Shown: positions 1-16,801 of the stretch, one piece after another
Layout of the letters: each line of letters starts with the position of its first letter
Numbering within the stretch: the first letter of the stretch is position 1
NCBI RefSeq assembly: GCF_009914755.1
Contig: NC_060933.1
Reading direction: 5' to 3' (one strand)
Source of the DNA: the human T2T-CHM13v2.0 reference genome, Homo sapiens
DNA: 64,000 bases
Notes under the pieces: generated by a model
Seen by the model: the letters and a program-made list of their open reading frames with translations, nothing else
Database searches by the model: none
What the model was told of the DNA's origin: nothing
Made by a program: the position numbers and the translations under genes

Positions 1-1982
<1,982 letters not shown>

Positions 1983-2265
1983 AGAATTTTTTTAACTGGC
2001 TCATTGGGGGCAACCTCCTGCAGTATAGCTCCAGTGAGTACTGAAATGCTCATTTGATGTGACAGGAGAAACTGTGTTCCAGTACTACTTAAAATCCCTT
2101 GGTGGGGTTGCAAATCCGCTTATCTTGTTCTAATCTATGGTCGCTCTAAGATCCACAGTCTAAATGGCCCAGGATCCCTGGGGCTTGAATTGCGAAACAT
2201 GGCTTTATGTCTTTTCTCTTGTAAAGAGCTCATAGATTTCTTTGGATGACTGAAAGAAGAGAGAT

Positions 2266-2425
2266 AGGCTTGTATTCACAGTGCTTTAGGAGTTTGAGGT
2301 GGGAGGATCAGTGGTACCCAGGATTTCATGGTTACAGTGAGCTATGATAGTGCCACTGCACTCCAGGCTGGGTAACAGAATGAGATGAGATGCTGTCTCA
2401 AAAAAGCAAAAGCAAAAAGAAAAAA
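2266..2425 (+). mobile_element. Old Alu monomer (FRAM/FAM-like)
   Basis: gaggtgggaggatc...cagtgagctatgatagtgccactgcactccag...tgtctcaaaaaag. Confidence 0.75.
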
Positions 2426-3130
2426 ACCAGATGGACCATCCTGCTTTAAAATTCTTTGCCATAAGTCCGTATTTGAAAAGCTAGTGATATTCAGGGAAAT
2501 ACAGTAACCCATTCTTGCTTAGCAACATTCTTTGCTTTTTAGCAATCAGAGATAAAGCCTGGGGTGCCATGAGCCTAATATAAGTGCAATTGTCCTTAAA
2601 AACCCAGAAGTGTTAAATGCAGAATGACCAGATTTTCTTGAAACAATGTATTGACATCAGGTATAAGTCTGGCTATGTCACCAGAAGGATCTATTGCTTA
2701 GTGAAGAGATGATAAGAATTTTAAAGTAAAGGAGCGATAAATCAAATGCATGCCCCTTTTTAAAAAGGCTTATATGAGAAGGGGGATGGGGGAACAAGAA
2801 GCTAACAAGTTGTTTGACCCTAGAGAAAAATCTTTTAATTTTTCATGTCATTTCACCTCTTCTCAGGTTGTTAAATGACAGTTGAAACTATAACATCAGG
2901 ATTTTAAGAAGTGGAAGTTTAGATGGTGTATTATGCGTTAATGAGAGACAAATAAAGTATGTATCCAGTATATACTAATCTCTTAAGTGAATTAAAGACT
3001 GAATAATTCACACATAATAGCTTGTGATTGAGATTATTTCTATTTTTAAGAGAAGGAATTAAATCAAAATCTGACTGGGCAGGAGTAAAATGGTGATTAA
3101 GCAAATAAGGAATTTTTGTTGCAAATTTGA

Positions 3131-3952
<822 letters not shown>

Positions 3953-4694
3953 TACATTTTTATATTAAAATATATTCTAATACTTATATTTTGTTCTTTC
4001 ATACTTGACCCAGTTTCTGAGTTCATAATTGATATAGTTCTGAACTCCCGAAACACAGTGCTGTAACTATTTTATAGTTTATATTGGGAGGACATATTTA
4101 TTTAAATCCTCTCTTATCATTTGTCTATAGCTTTTCTCAGACGTCATTTTGGACTCAAATTTCAAATGTTTGTTTTCATCCCCAGAGGTAAATTTTACTT
4201 TGTTTAAATGTGAAAGAAATCACTCAGCTGTTTTATATTAACGACCTGTTAAAAAAAAGAAGGAAAACATTTTTTACTGCTTAATTCTCTGACAGGGATT
4301 TTGTGCCCAGATAAATGCCTTGGATGAAAAAATTCACACTTGGCAGGAATTAAATCCTTGTGGTGGAATAGTCACCTAGCTACTTATGTGAAATTTATAT
4401 TCAAATTTCATAAATTTTAACTTTCAAAAATATAAGCTTCTCTGCACTGAAGTTCTTTCACATTGCATTTTACTGATGAACATGGTTTTCTTGGAGATGT
4501 TCCAATGTGTATCTACCTATGTTTTTCTAGAAACGGATTTACCAGAATTGAGAAGTAGTTTATAAACTGATATAATAACAACAAGACAGGTCAACCTCAG
4601 GCCTATTCCCTTCTCAGCTTTCCGAATTTTTAGCTTAGTGTTAGTATACTATGTATCTTGAGCACATCATGTTCCTTTTCTTATTGTTTGATAG

Positions 4695-4900
4695 ACTTAG
4701 GAGTTAGTCACGCCTAGATTCCAATCCCTGGTTCACTTTTCTGTGTATGTAACTTTAAGCCTCAGCTTTCTCTGCCTCAGTTTTCTCATCTATTAAATAG
4801 GAATAATAAAATTTTGCGAGTTGTTGGAAGATTAGAGATAGTATACGCAGAATACCTAACACTGGGCCAAATATCTATAGTAGGCACTGAATAAATAGTA
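4695..4900 (+). mobile_element. MIR SINE
   Basis: MIR core ctctgcctcagttttctcatctattaaataggaataata. Confidence 0.7.
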
Positions 4901-5964
4901 GAGACTAGTTAGTGTTTCTATTATAATCCACAATTTAATAGTAGAGACTAGTGTTTCTGTTATAGTTCACAATTTGATAATGTCTTTCAATAATGATCAC
5001 CTTGCCATACTTAAGCATTACCACCTTAATATCATATTTCAGTCAAATTAAAGAAGCTCTCAAAAAAGTAATATATTAAAGGGAAGATAGTTCAGAGGCA
5101 TCCATAAATTACCTGCAAATCCATATTAGGCATTAGACAACTACAGGATATTCTTTGGAAATTATGACAAGTGGGTTTTCTTTGCTTTGCTTTTGTTTTG
5201 TTTTGCTTTTCCTAAATAATAAGTATTTAAATCCATCTTTTACATTCTGTGCAGATATCTCCTATTATTCAGTGATGCCTGTAAAATTTGTGTAGGTATT
5301 TGCAGGTTAAAATATCGGGGAAAAGGCTCATTTAAACTATTGAAACAAGTATTTTTCTGCTTTGTTTTGTTTAGGAAGCAGTATCTCTGTAATAATCCCT
5401 TGGCATTTGAACAGAGCTTTTGTACATTATTTCAGTTGGTGATCCTAACTTTGTGCATAGGCTTTCCTAAATTCATTTGGCAGGTAAGGAAACTAAGACC
5501 CTAAGAGAGCAAGAGGTTTATGCAAGTGGAAGAACAAAATCTATATCCCAGATCTTCAGGCTCCTAATTCAGATTTGTTTCCATAATTTTTTTCATGGAT
5601 ATAAGGTTAGGTAGAAAATTTTTAAAAAGGATGAAAAACATATACTATTAAAGTCCCAATAGTTAACACCAGGGTTTACCTTTTAAAAGCAAAATCTCAC
5701 CATTGAATCTCCTCCGTTTTAATACCTTCAGTGGTTCCCCTTTGTGTATTACAAAGTTCAAAATTAGTAGGTATTTCACTCACCTACTGCAATTCCCCAC
5801 ATAAACCCTAAATCCCCCGAAAACCAGAACTGTTTGAAAATCTGCAGGCATGCCAAATCTTCTTGTGCCTCTATGCCTTTGCTTAGTTTCTTCTCCATAT
5901 ATCCTTGACCTCCTTTCAATAGCTATTATATTTTTACATCTATTATGTACTTAATTAATTTATC

Positions 5965-6160
5965 TAACATCTACATAATGCTTACTGTGTCCTAGGCACA
6001 GTCTGAAGTGATTCACAAATACTAACTCAGTTAATTCTCATAATTCCAGGAGATAAGTAATATCATCCCATTTTACCAAAGATAAAACTGAGATATAGAG
6101 CCAAGATTCTAGAAAGCAGAGCCTATTTTTAAACTGGGTACTCTTAATCACTGCACTGTG
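5965..6160 (-). mobile_element. MIR SINE
   Basis: atcatcccattttaccaaagataaaactgag (reverse MIR core). Confidence 0.65.
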
Positions 6161-7094
6161 GTACGTATGCAGCAGGAACTTCAAAATTGAAAAGCATACC
6201 ACATTTTGCAAACACCAGTGTCTAGATGGGATGCTACCAAAGACCTTCCAGTTTTAGAATTCAATTACCTTGTAAATTTACCATCAGCTGGAACCTAGCT
6301 CTCATATTGTTGGAGTCAGAAACCTGATATTTTTCAGCAATAGCACCAAGAACACATCCTTTTCTTAGGGGTGTACTCACAATAACTCAGCCCATGAGAT
6401 GAATATTTCAAACTAGAATGCCAGTTGATTAATTTACAGCAAATAACAGAACTGTCCATCACATGGACCAGAGTACTCATGTCAGCATGGCCAGCACTCT
6501 CTGTTCTCAGCAGTCATGAAAATCCAGATCACTCTTGGCAAGTAGCTTGATCAACCTGACACCGTAATGAGGGGTGGTACTTGGATGAGCTGAATAATCA
6601 TCGGTATCAGTAAGGTCAGCATGAGTCATCTATGTGGAGATTGCAGCAGTCTTGTCAATGGGACATGCAGGACTTGAAATTCATTCGCCTTTTGTCTAGG
6701 ACATTGCTGGACTGGACACTGACACACATGTGTCTTTGTCATGCTCCTTATTTCTATGGTTTCAATGTGTGGCCAGCCATTCCTTTTCTATTTTTAATGC
6801 ATAGTAATAGTCAGTCTGATTACAGTCAAGTCTTTAGGAATGGGACCCTTTCTATATTTTTAAGATAGTCTGTGTATAATTGTGTTGTCAGATGACATTT
6901 TCCTTCTGGTAACATTCTCAAGACCTAATACAAATGCTATATGCATTTCTTACACCAAATTATATAATTAATTTTCTTAATAACAAAGACCAAGTCATAT
7001 TCATTCTTCTTTGTATTCTTCACAGTAATTTCATTGCCAAACACATCACAGAAGCTCTGTGGACGTTTATTGAATAAAAAAGTAAATTAGGAGG

Positions 7095-7340
7095 CATTAA
7101 AGCATTGTGATCATGAGTGTGTGAGTTCCGAAGCCAGATGGCCTGGTTTCAAATTTTAGCTCTACAACTTAACAGTTGTGTCATTTTGGCAAGTTACTTA
7201 ACCTTCCTAAGCTTCGGTTTTGTCATCTGTAAAATGGATATGATGATGGTACTCTATCTCTCCGGGTTTTTGAGAATATTAAATAAATTTATACATATAA
7301 CAAACTTATAAATGTACCTGGAATTCTAAAACTACTAGGT
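7095..7340 (+). mobile_element. MIR SINE
   Basis: ttggcaagttacttaaccttcctaagcttcggttttgtcatctgtaaaatgg. Confidence 0.8.
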
Positions 7341-7489
7341 ATTAGTATAATCATTCTCACAGGATTTTGTAGTGTATCTTTACTTTTTAAAAAATGTGTG
7401 ACATATTTTGAAAAGAGTATAGTACTGTTTTTCATGATTTAAGTGTCAGCATTGAACGTTTTATCAAAAGTTGATTGTTTTTGTTCATA

Positions 7490-8060
7490 GGAATGCAGTA
7501 AAATGGAAACTCTCATGTATTGCTGGTGGGAGTATGTAATGGTACAACTTTTATGGAGTGCATTTTGGCAATATTTATGAAGAGCCTTACAAAAGTTCAT
7601 TCCCTTTAGTCTAGTAATTCTCTTTCTAGAAATTTATCTATTCAAAAAACACAGTCAGAAACTTTGATAAAACACATGCACAAAGATGGTTTACCATACT
7701 ATCATTTATCAAACACCAAAGTGGAAATTACTTAAATGACAAATAATGAAAGAATAATTATGGAAAAAATTACATCAGTTGATAGAATATTATGTAGCTC
7801 TCAAAATGGTGTTTTTAAAGTTATTTAATACTGTGAGAAAATGCCTCCAAAAAATTTTAAGTGGAAACAAAAACAGGCTACAAAATTGCGTAAGTGATGT
7901 GATTTTTTTTATTTATACTGGAAAGGACTAAATAAATCAAAATAATAGTGATTGTCTTTAGATGAGGCAACTACAGGGGACTTCTTTTTTTTTCTTTTTG
8001 GTAATCTGTCTTTTCCAAAACCTCTGTAATGAGTATATATTTTATAAATAAAAATAATTT
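7490..8060 (+). mobile_element. Ancient L1M(E/C) 3' fragment
   Basis: ggaaactctcatgtattgctggtgggagtatgtaatggtacaac...ttctagaaatttatc. Confidence 0.65.
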
Positions 8061-8519
8061 TTTAAGAATTATGACTTTCCACATTCTTAGAATTATGATT
8101 TTAAGACATGTTGAATATTAATTCCATTAATTCCAATTTATTTTCAAGATCTAAGTTTTTCAGTGAAATATATCTTCAATTTTATATCAGAAATAAGAAG
8201 AAAGGATTAATTGAATGTCAGTTTTTTCAGAAAAGTTTGTACTAATATTTATTTGATTAAATATGCACTAAATACTTATTTTGAAAATTTTTGAAACAAG
8301 ATAAATACTTAGTTTCAACCCTTATAGAGAAATCAATTTACATCTATAACTTCTTTAAATCTGCTCAATTTGATTTTTAATAGTAAACCCTCTAAGAACA
8401 TGCTTAGAAGAAAAGAGAGGCCCTTTTACTAGTATTTAGAGCAAATTTTTATAAGAAAATATTTCTGATTTTGAGCTTTTCATAAGTAGTAATATTTCTT
8501 TTTTCTTTTTGCAACTTAG

Positions 8520-8565
8520 GAGCTGTGAAGGAAGAAATATCCGATACAGAACATGCAGTAATGTG
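8520..8565 (+). CDS. ADAMTSL1: ADAMTSL1 internal coding exon (exon 3 in canonical numbering), C-terminal part of thrombospondin type-1 repeat 1
   Basis: Polypyrimidine tract + ...caacttAG acceptor (8518-8519). G AGC TGT GAA GGA AGA AAT ATC CGA TAC AGA ACA TGC AGT AAT GTG = (K)SCEGRNIRYRTCSNV. Donor GTAAGT at 8566. The phase-0 end joins in frame to DCPPEAG at 49302. Too short for the ORF track. Confidence 0.95.
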
Positions 8566-8927
8566 GTAAGTATAAGGTTCTGAGATTGTAATCATGTATT
8601 TTTGTTAGCACTGAATGGTGCTAAGCAGTTTTATATCCTGAGCAGGAAATCAACCAACTAGTATTTCACTGAGAGTTTTTATCTCATACTGTACTGATTA
8701 TATGCAGGACTAAAATGATATTTTTAAGTTCCTCATTATAGACTTTTAATCATTTGAGCAGCTTGAAACTAACTAGACTATTTCAAAACAAGGACTCTAC
8801 ATTTCCTCCCTACTTTCTGCCTTTTTGCATATAGATCTCATGAGGATGAGTGAGAGGGTTGATAAAAGGGAAACCAGTTGGGGTATCATGAAATAAATAT
8901 TTGTAAATCAAACTCAGATTTGACAAA

Positions 8928-9500
8928 CTCATTCATTTATTCAACAAATATTATTCAGTGCCAACTATGTGTGAGGCACTACACCAGTACAAGAATAAAT
9001 AACATATGGTCCCTGTTTTAAACATCTGTAGTATAGTAAGAGGTATAGAGAAAGAAGACAGATGTGCATTGCACATAACCACATTCTAGGAAAAAAATAT
9101 CACAAATGCCATAGGAAATAAATAAAGTTCTTTGTGGGCTAAAATAGAGAGAAATCTTAAAGGAAAAGGTGATTTGAGATACAGCTTGGAGGACTGTGAC
9201 TAGCCCATATTGGATTTGAAGGGTTGACAGTCAGTCCAATGGAGAGGACATAATGGGCAAGTTTGGAGGCAGGAATGTCTGAGCACTAGTTTCACCAGAG
9301 TTGAGTATAGCAGTATAAAAGAGAAGAATTGAAATATATTTTTGAGGTTATATCATAAAAAGATTCGAATGTTAGTCTTCAAAGTTTATATTAGTTCAGT
9401 GAATAATGGGAGTCACTAAGAGCAAGAGTATGATGTTACAGAGTTTCCCTTTTAGAAAGGTTAATTTTTTGGTGATACAAGGGTTGCACTGGAACAGGAA
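8928..9500 (-). mobile_element. L2 LINE fragment
   Basis: cattcatttattcaacaaatattattcagtgccaactatgtgtgaggcact (reverse of the L2 3' end). Confidence 0.65.
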
Positions 9501-9542
9501 GTGGATGAGGAGCAAGAAGTAATGAAGGCTTAAGCCTTCATT

Positions 9543-9660
9543 AGTAGTCACAGCTACTCACGAGGCTGAGGCAGGAGGATCCCTTTAGCCCAGGAGTTCA
9601 AGACCATCCTGGGGAGCATAGCAAAACCCTGTCTCTTATAAGAAAGAAGAAGAAGAAGGA
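9543..9660 (+). mobile_element. FLAM-like Alu monomer with (GAA)n tail
   Basis: gaggctgaggcaggaggatccctttagcccaggagttcaagaccatcctgg. Confidence 0.75.
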
Positions 9661-9884
9661 GGAGAACTTAAACCCAGAGGAAATACTAAATAGACACAAG
9701 AGAGATCAAAATTAAGTTGACTCTGCAAGACTTGAAAAGCATTTGAAATTAGAGTGATAAGTTGAAGCGGGAATAAAGGAAACAAAGAGGTATATGCATA
9801 TTTAGGACTTTTGTACTTGCCGATCCCTCTGTTGAAGAAGCTCTTTCCTCAATATCATGGGCATTTTTATTATTCCACATTTCT

Positions 9885-11233
9885 CTTCCGCATTGCCCAG
9901 AAGATATTCTCTATGAGGGCTCCACCCCTGCAGCAGACTTTTGCCTGGACATCCAGGCATTTTCATACATCCTCTGAAATCTAAGCAGAGGTTCCCAAAC
10001 CTCAATTCTTCTGCACACCTGCAGGACCACCACAACATGGAAGCTGCCAAGGCTTGGGGCTTGCACCCCCTAAAGCAATGGCCTGAGCTGTACCTTGGCC
10101 ACTTTTAGCCACAGCTGGAGTGGCTGGGACACAGGGCACCAAGTCCATCCAGAGGCTGCCTAGAGCAGGGGGCCACAGACCTGGTCCAGGAAACCATTTT
10201 TCCCTTCTAGGCCTCTGGGACTGAGATGGGAGGGGCTTCCAGGAAGGTCTCTGACATGATCTGGAGACATTTTCCCCATCGTCTTGGTGATTAACATTCA
10301 TCTCCTCATTACTTGTGCAAATTTTTGCAGCAGGCTTGAATTTCTCCCAGAAAAAAATTTTTTCTATTTCATCATCAGGCTGCAAATTTTCTATAGTTTT
10401 ATGCTCTGCTTCCTCTTGAATGCTTTGTCACTTAGAAATTTCTTCTGCCAGATACCCTAAATCATCTCTCTCAAGTTCAAAGTTACACAGATCTCTAGGG
10501 AAGGGGCAAAATGCCACCAGCCTCTTTGCTAAAGCATAAACAAGAGTCACCTTTGCTTTACTTCCCAACAAGTTCCTTTTCTCCATCTGAGACCACCCCA
10601 GCCTGGACTTTGTTGCCTGTATCACTATCAGCATTTTGGTCAAAGCCATTCAACAAGACTGTAGGAAGTTCCGAATTTTCCCACATCTTCCTGTCTTCTG
10701 AGCCCCCCAAGTATCTAGGAAGTTCCAACCTTTCCCACATTTTCCTGTCTTCTTCTTAGCCCTCCAAACTGTGCCAGCCTCTGCCAGTTACCCAGTTCTA
10801 AAGTCACTTCCACATTTTCAAGTATCCTTATAGCAGCACCCCACTCCTGATACCATTTTACTGTATTAGTCCATTCTTATGCTGCTTTAAGAACATATGC
10901 AACACTGGGTAATTTGGAAAAAAGAGATTTAATTGACTCACAGCTCTTCAGGGGTGGGGATTGTAAGTAGGAAACTTACAATCGTGGCAGAAGGGGAAGC
11001 AAACACATCTTTCTTCACAGATGTCAGGAGAAAGAAGAATGAGAACTGAGTGAAGGGAGAAGCCCCTTATAAAATCATCAGATCTTGTGAGAACTTACTA
11101 TCATGAGAATAGCATGGGGAAAATTGTCTGCATGAGTCAATTATCTCCACCTGGTTCTTCCCTTGACACGCAGGGATTATGGGAAGTACAACTTAAGATG
11201 AGATTTGGGTGGGGACACAGCCAAATCATATCA
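9885..11233 (-). mobile_element. THE1/MST (ERVL-MaLR) 5' LTR (10862-11233) plus ~1 kb truncated internal region
   Basis: LTR termini tgtattagtcc...ccaaatcatatca (reverse of TGATATG...AATACA). The internal part matches the + strand THE1-int at 58372-58770 in reverse. Confidence 0.9.
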
Positions 11234-12860
11234 GACTCTGACCTCATATTACTTAAAATCCATAGCACTCCATGAGCCAAAATCTTTATAGCTTGTAGAA
11301 TCAAGTTGATGCTGAATTTTTTTAATGAGAATCTAGAATCTTCAAATAATTTGAAGCTTTATTTTCTTGCTTTTAGTGATAACAGAAGCAGCATTGCGAA
11401 AAAACACACAAAAAAAATTTTAAGAAAGAATATTTTCATGATCACATCCCAGTTTTTCAAATTTGGAAGTTTAGAACAATTCAGTTAAATATTCTTTGTT
11501 AGGTGCTTGATTTGGAAAAACTTGAGAGTCTCTTAGCTAAATCTCCACGGTCATCTTTAATCCCTGGACAGCTTCCTTGGGGCACTTCTGAACTACTTCA
11601 TCTCCAAAGATTCAGCCTCTTTTCCTATTTTTTGTAGAACCGCTACATATAACTTGTTGGGGAGTTCGTATTCCCCAGGGTAATATGAGGAGTAGAAAAC
11701 ATCTCCCCAGTTTCCCTTTTTTTTTTTTTTTCCTGAAAAGCAGCTCACAGGCTTTTAAAAATTTATTGCCAACCACTCTATAAGTAGTATGTCAATACAA
11801 GAAAGTTAAAGTTCCCATAATGTTTGCATAGTTCTCATAGTCATGGTACTTTCTTACTTTCTGTGTAGCTGGTTCAAGAAGACTATTTTCATTCCTAAGG
11901 ACAGAGTTTATCTAATCTTTCCCATTTTACAGTTCCCTGCTCTATTCTAAGGAAGCAGCAAGGTGCTCCATCTCTGGAAGGAAAGACAAAGATGCTATTG
12001 GTAGAAAATAGGTGTGAGCTAGCAAACCAGTCAAACAGGTCATTTAGGTCTCAGAGATTTCACCACAAGACTAAGTGAAGGAGGCTCTTAAAAAGGTTTT
12101 CTTAGGTCATATCTTCATGTTAAACCTCAAATTTGAACCCCTTGAACTTAATTAGGGATTTTAAAGTGACTTCCAATGTGTTTAGAGTACTTATAAACTG
12201 TTTTTTTTGCACTATCCTTAAGGTTCATATGAGTTGGTATTTAGGAGGCAGTGACCATAATTAGCAACATAATAGGCCACACTGCTTGTGGTAGCTGGTG
12301 ATGCTCTTAATTTCTTTATTAAATTCTTTGTTGCTCACTATAACATTTTACTGTTTTTAAGACAACAATATGTATTAAGCCCAAGAATTCTTCTTGGTCC
12401 TGGGGTTCATTGTTAAATAAAACCAAGACCCAATTCTCCTGAACCTTTCATTCTAATGGAGAAAAAGAGATTACAAACAAGCATGGAAACAAATTATTTA
12501 AAAGGAAATATATCAGCAGTTGGTGCAATGCAGAGAATTAAGCTATTGGTAGCTAGTTCAGAGAGGAAGTTCAGAAAATCCACTTGAGAAGTAACACTTG
12601 AATAACAAGAAGAAAACAGCTATGTGAATACTTAAGGAGTAGCAATCCAGAAAGGACAGCTAGTGCAAAGGCTGTGAAGTACAAGAGAGTTTGCTGTGTC
12701 AAGGAAATCATAAAGCCAATATACCTAAAGTCTAGTGGGCAAGAGGAAGAGTATTGGAAGATAAGAAAAAATCAAAACCAGAGGTAGGTGGGAGCTAGAT
12801 CATGCAGGACACTGTAAAGTACTTACGTTATATTTTAAGTACAAAAATTAGCTGCTGGAT

Positions 12861-13300
<440 letters not shown>

Positions 13301-15590
13301 AGCTCCTGGATAATTTTAAGCAGGGGAGAGTAGAATGGGACTTATAATGAAAAAGATAGGTTTGGCTGCAGGCTCACTCTGGAGAATGGATGCAAAGCAG
13401 GGGGAAGAAGCAGAAATTCCAGCAGGGGGATCATTGCGGTAGTTCAGGTGGGTGCTAATGGTTGTGTGGACTAGAGTGGCTCTGGTGGGAGGATTTGGGT
13501 ATGTTCTAGAGATAGAATGGCTTTTCCTAAGTTACGGTGCCTCATCCTCAATTTGACATGATTCACTCTTGTGATCTCCAGCATTGTTGTGTGAAACAGG
13601 AGGCAAAGGCCGCGGCATTATAGCCAGAGAGAACAGAATGATCATGGCAAGTTTATAATTTCTTTGAGCCTCAGTTTCTACACTCAAACAGTGAGAGATT
13701 TGAAATGAATGACCTCAAAGGTCCCGTCCACCTCTGAAATTCTATAATTCTTAAGAAGTATCATATCTGGGCTATACTAGATTTGGATCTGAATGCAGAT
13801 TAATGAAGATGTCTATGCTAGTTTAGTAACTGGCATGACTATAGTGAAAAGATTCATAGCAAGGGATAAAGTAGAGTCAGAGCAAAGAGAGTCAATGTGG
13901 AGAGTGGAAGCAAAGTTCTCATCCTTGCTGTACAATTGACCATCCATCTTGACTGGTGATTCTCGTTGAGGTTGTGAAAATTCATGGCATTCACAGAGTT
14001 GTTCATGTGGTTATTAACAGTGGGCGTAAGGTAAATTCCCATTTGGTCTATTTGTCTATTTTTCTCATAAGGCCTTTGTATATCACAAAGTCAGGAAACA
14101 CTTGGTGCTTTATGTCAAGGATCAAATGGAACATATGGAAGAAACAATGACGCTGCTACAGGTCTTCCTTGGTCAGAATTTGAAAGAAACTGTTGAAACA
14201 ACATTCAGACCAGAGAAATACCCCTGAAGTCTAGAGAGATGCTCTAGTAAATAATAACAACTGCAAGAGTTGGTCAGTGAGCCAACTCTTTCCAGCCAAC
14301 GCTTGGCTCTTTCCAGCCAAGAGCCACTCTAAGATGGGAAGTAGGCTACTAAACTTTCCCATACTCTAGTCCTTATTATTCTAGCAGTTGAAAATAAGGC
14401 ATGATGCTACTTGCCAGGGCCATTTATTTTTTGCTTATTCGCTTATTCATTCTCTTGATCAATCAGTTTTAAAACAGCATTTATTGAACACCCAACTCCT
14501 GTTCTGTACTAGGGATATCAGGAGTTGCCACCATCAATAAAGAGATAGGCAGCCTGCCCTTGGGGGAAGTCAGAGGCTAGGAGAAAAGACAAATACACAA
14601 ACACAAAACTAAATAAAGTATGACGCACGCTATCAGTATGGAGGTAAGAACAAAGTGCTAAGTCATGGAAGGACCATGTCTGATTCTTTCACCGCTGCAT
14701 ACTCAGGGTCTGGCATTCAGTGTCTGACACCATGCCTCTTGCACTGTGAACCTGGAAACGCAGAAAACTCACAGAACTGCCTCAGGTTATTTTGAATATT
14801 CAAGGGAAACATATCAAGACTTAACATATGTTGAACACTCTTTGAACTATTTGATCATGCTGTATTCCTTTCTATGACATCTCATCTTCGTAAAGCTGGG
14901 TTTGCTTTGATAAAAAGCAAGTACTGTGAGAAAAACAACATGGAATAGGAAACAAGAATGAGGATTGTCCAATCTGATTCCAGGCTTTGGGATGTAGTAC
15001 AGGCACACACATCCCATTAATAAATAAATGTTATTTATGAATGAAGTAAAATAGTACTTTTCTCTCAAGTTATATGCATTGTTTTTTCAAATGGCTATTA
15101 AATCATCAGGACACAAATATATATTAAGTTGCTTGGACCTAACTGCTTAATAAATGGAATTGTTTGGTATTCCTGTTGGCCGGCCTAGAAGTACCACAAA
15201 AAACTCACCCAGACATTAATGGTGCTGTAAACAGAAATTAAGAGCCTCTGATCCAACTCACTGTAGTCATTCAACACATAGGATGAATAAAAAAATGCAT
15301 GACATTCTAAATAAGGTGACAGTTGAGCTGAGCTTTAAAAGATGAAAGGGATTTTTTCAGGCTGCAATGAGAAAGAGAAAGAGAGAGGGAGAGTTAGTTT
15401 TCTGAAAAATGGAAGTAGAGTCAACAATATCCACTGGGATTTACCAGGTCTCAGGCACTTTTTCTAGGCACTGGCGTATAATATTAACAGAGAAAGATAA
15501 TGCCCCTGTTCTTATGAAGCTTATATTATAGTGTGAGATGCAGATGATAAAGTTTTAAAAGAGGACAGTTTCATATAGTGAATGATTATG

Positions 15591-15626
15591 CTACACTTGA
15601 TCTTAGCCAAAAGGCCGAGAAGCGAT
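15591..15626 (-). pseudogene. 3'-truncated (tailless) U2 snRNA retropseudogene, U2 nt 1-36
   Basis: Reverse complement ATCGCTTCTCGGCCTTTTGGCTAAGATCAAGTGTAG = U2 5' end. Flanked by the direct repeat agtgaatgattatg (15577-15590 and 15627-15640). Confidence 0.93.
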
Positions 15627-16502
15627 AGTGAATGATTATGAAAGAAATAAAGCAGAGTAATGGGATGGAGAGTGACACAGGGATGGAGGGTTGCTCTACC
15701 TGAGGTGGTCAGGAAATTCTCTCTGAGTTGACATTTAAATGTCCTTAGTATGTTTGGAAGGTGAGGCATGAAGGAGCCCAGCTTATTTGGGGGCCTGTGG
15801 GTCATTTTATCAGGTGCAGTACAAGGTATATTGTGGGGAAAGAAGTGGGATATTTATCTATGCTGAAGAGCCTGAACTTAGCCCCACATGTTATTTCATA
15901 AGGGACATTCTTAGCCCCTCACTCAGAGTGATGAGCTTTGGAAGAGCAGAAGGCTGAAAGAAAACTTGGTGACTCTATCTACCCCTTCTGTGCATTTCTC
16001 TTCTCCCAGGCCCGGTCTGCCAGTCTCAGGTGAAATATATCCAAGGCAGGAGAGGGATTTCTTAACCTCAGGTAGGAAGACTCTTAAGTGAGAAAGAAAT
16101 TCTAATTGCAGGAACGTTGATTTCTTCCTAATAAATGTGCCAAATCCCCCACCTACTAGAGAGGGCCTCCAAGAACCTGGCTGCTGCTTCACCCTGCCAC
16201 AGACGCACTCTCTCCAGTAGTGGACCAAAGAAATATACTTCTCCCCAGACCCATCCATGCTTCAATCTTTCCTGACCTACCCAGCTGAAAAACAGAAATT
16301 TCCCTCATACTATATAACCTCCCCTAAGATAGACATTGCTCTCATGTTAAAGTCAGATGGGACATGTCTTTTCTAAGTCACTTGATGAAGGCTTGATTTG
16401 TACACTGATATAACAAAATTGGGAGCAGGCTCTCCTATCTTTCAGAGTCTGCATGCATTCTGCATTTGGACAGTCTCTAAAAGGCTATTACGATGTATGA
16501 GT

Positions 16503-16801
<299 letters not shown>

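Noticed and set aside
10660-10770. ~53-bp direct repeat (ggaagttcc...cccacat.ttcctgtcttct)
   Set aside because: Lies within THE1/MST internal sequence, where I recall this duplication being a subfamily feature rather than locus-specific.
14286-14325. Repeated ctctttccagccaa with TTGGC...GCCAA resembling an NFI site
   Set aside because: Half-site spacing is 8 rather than 5; most simply a small local duplication.
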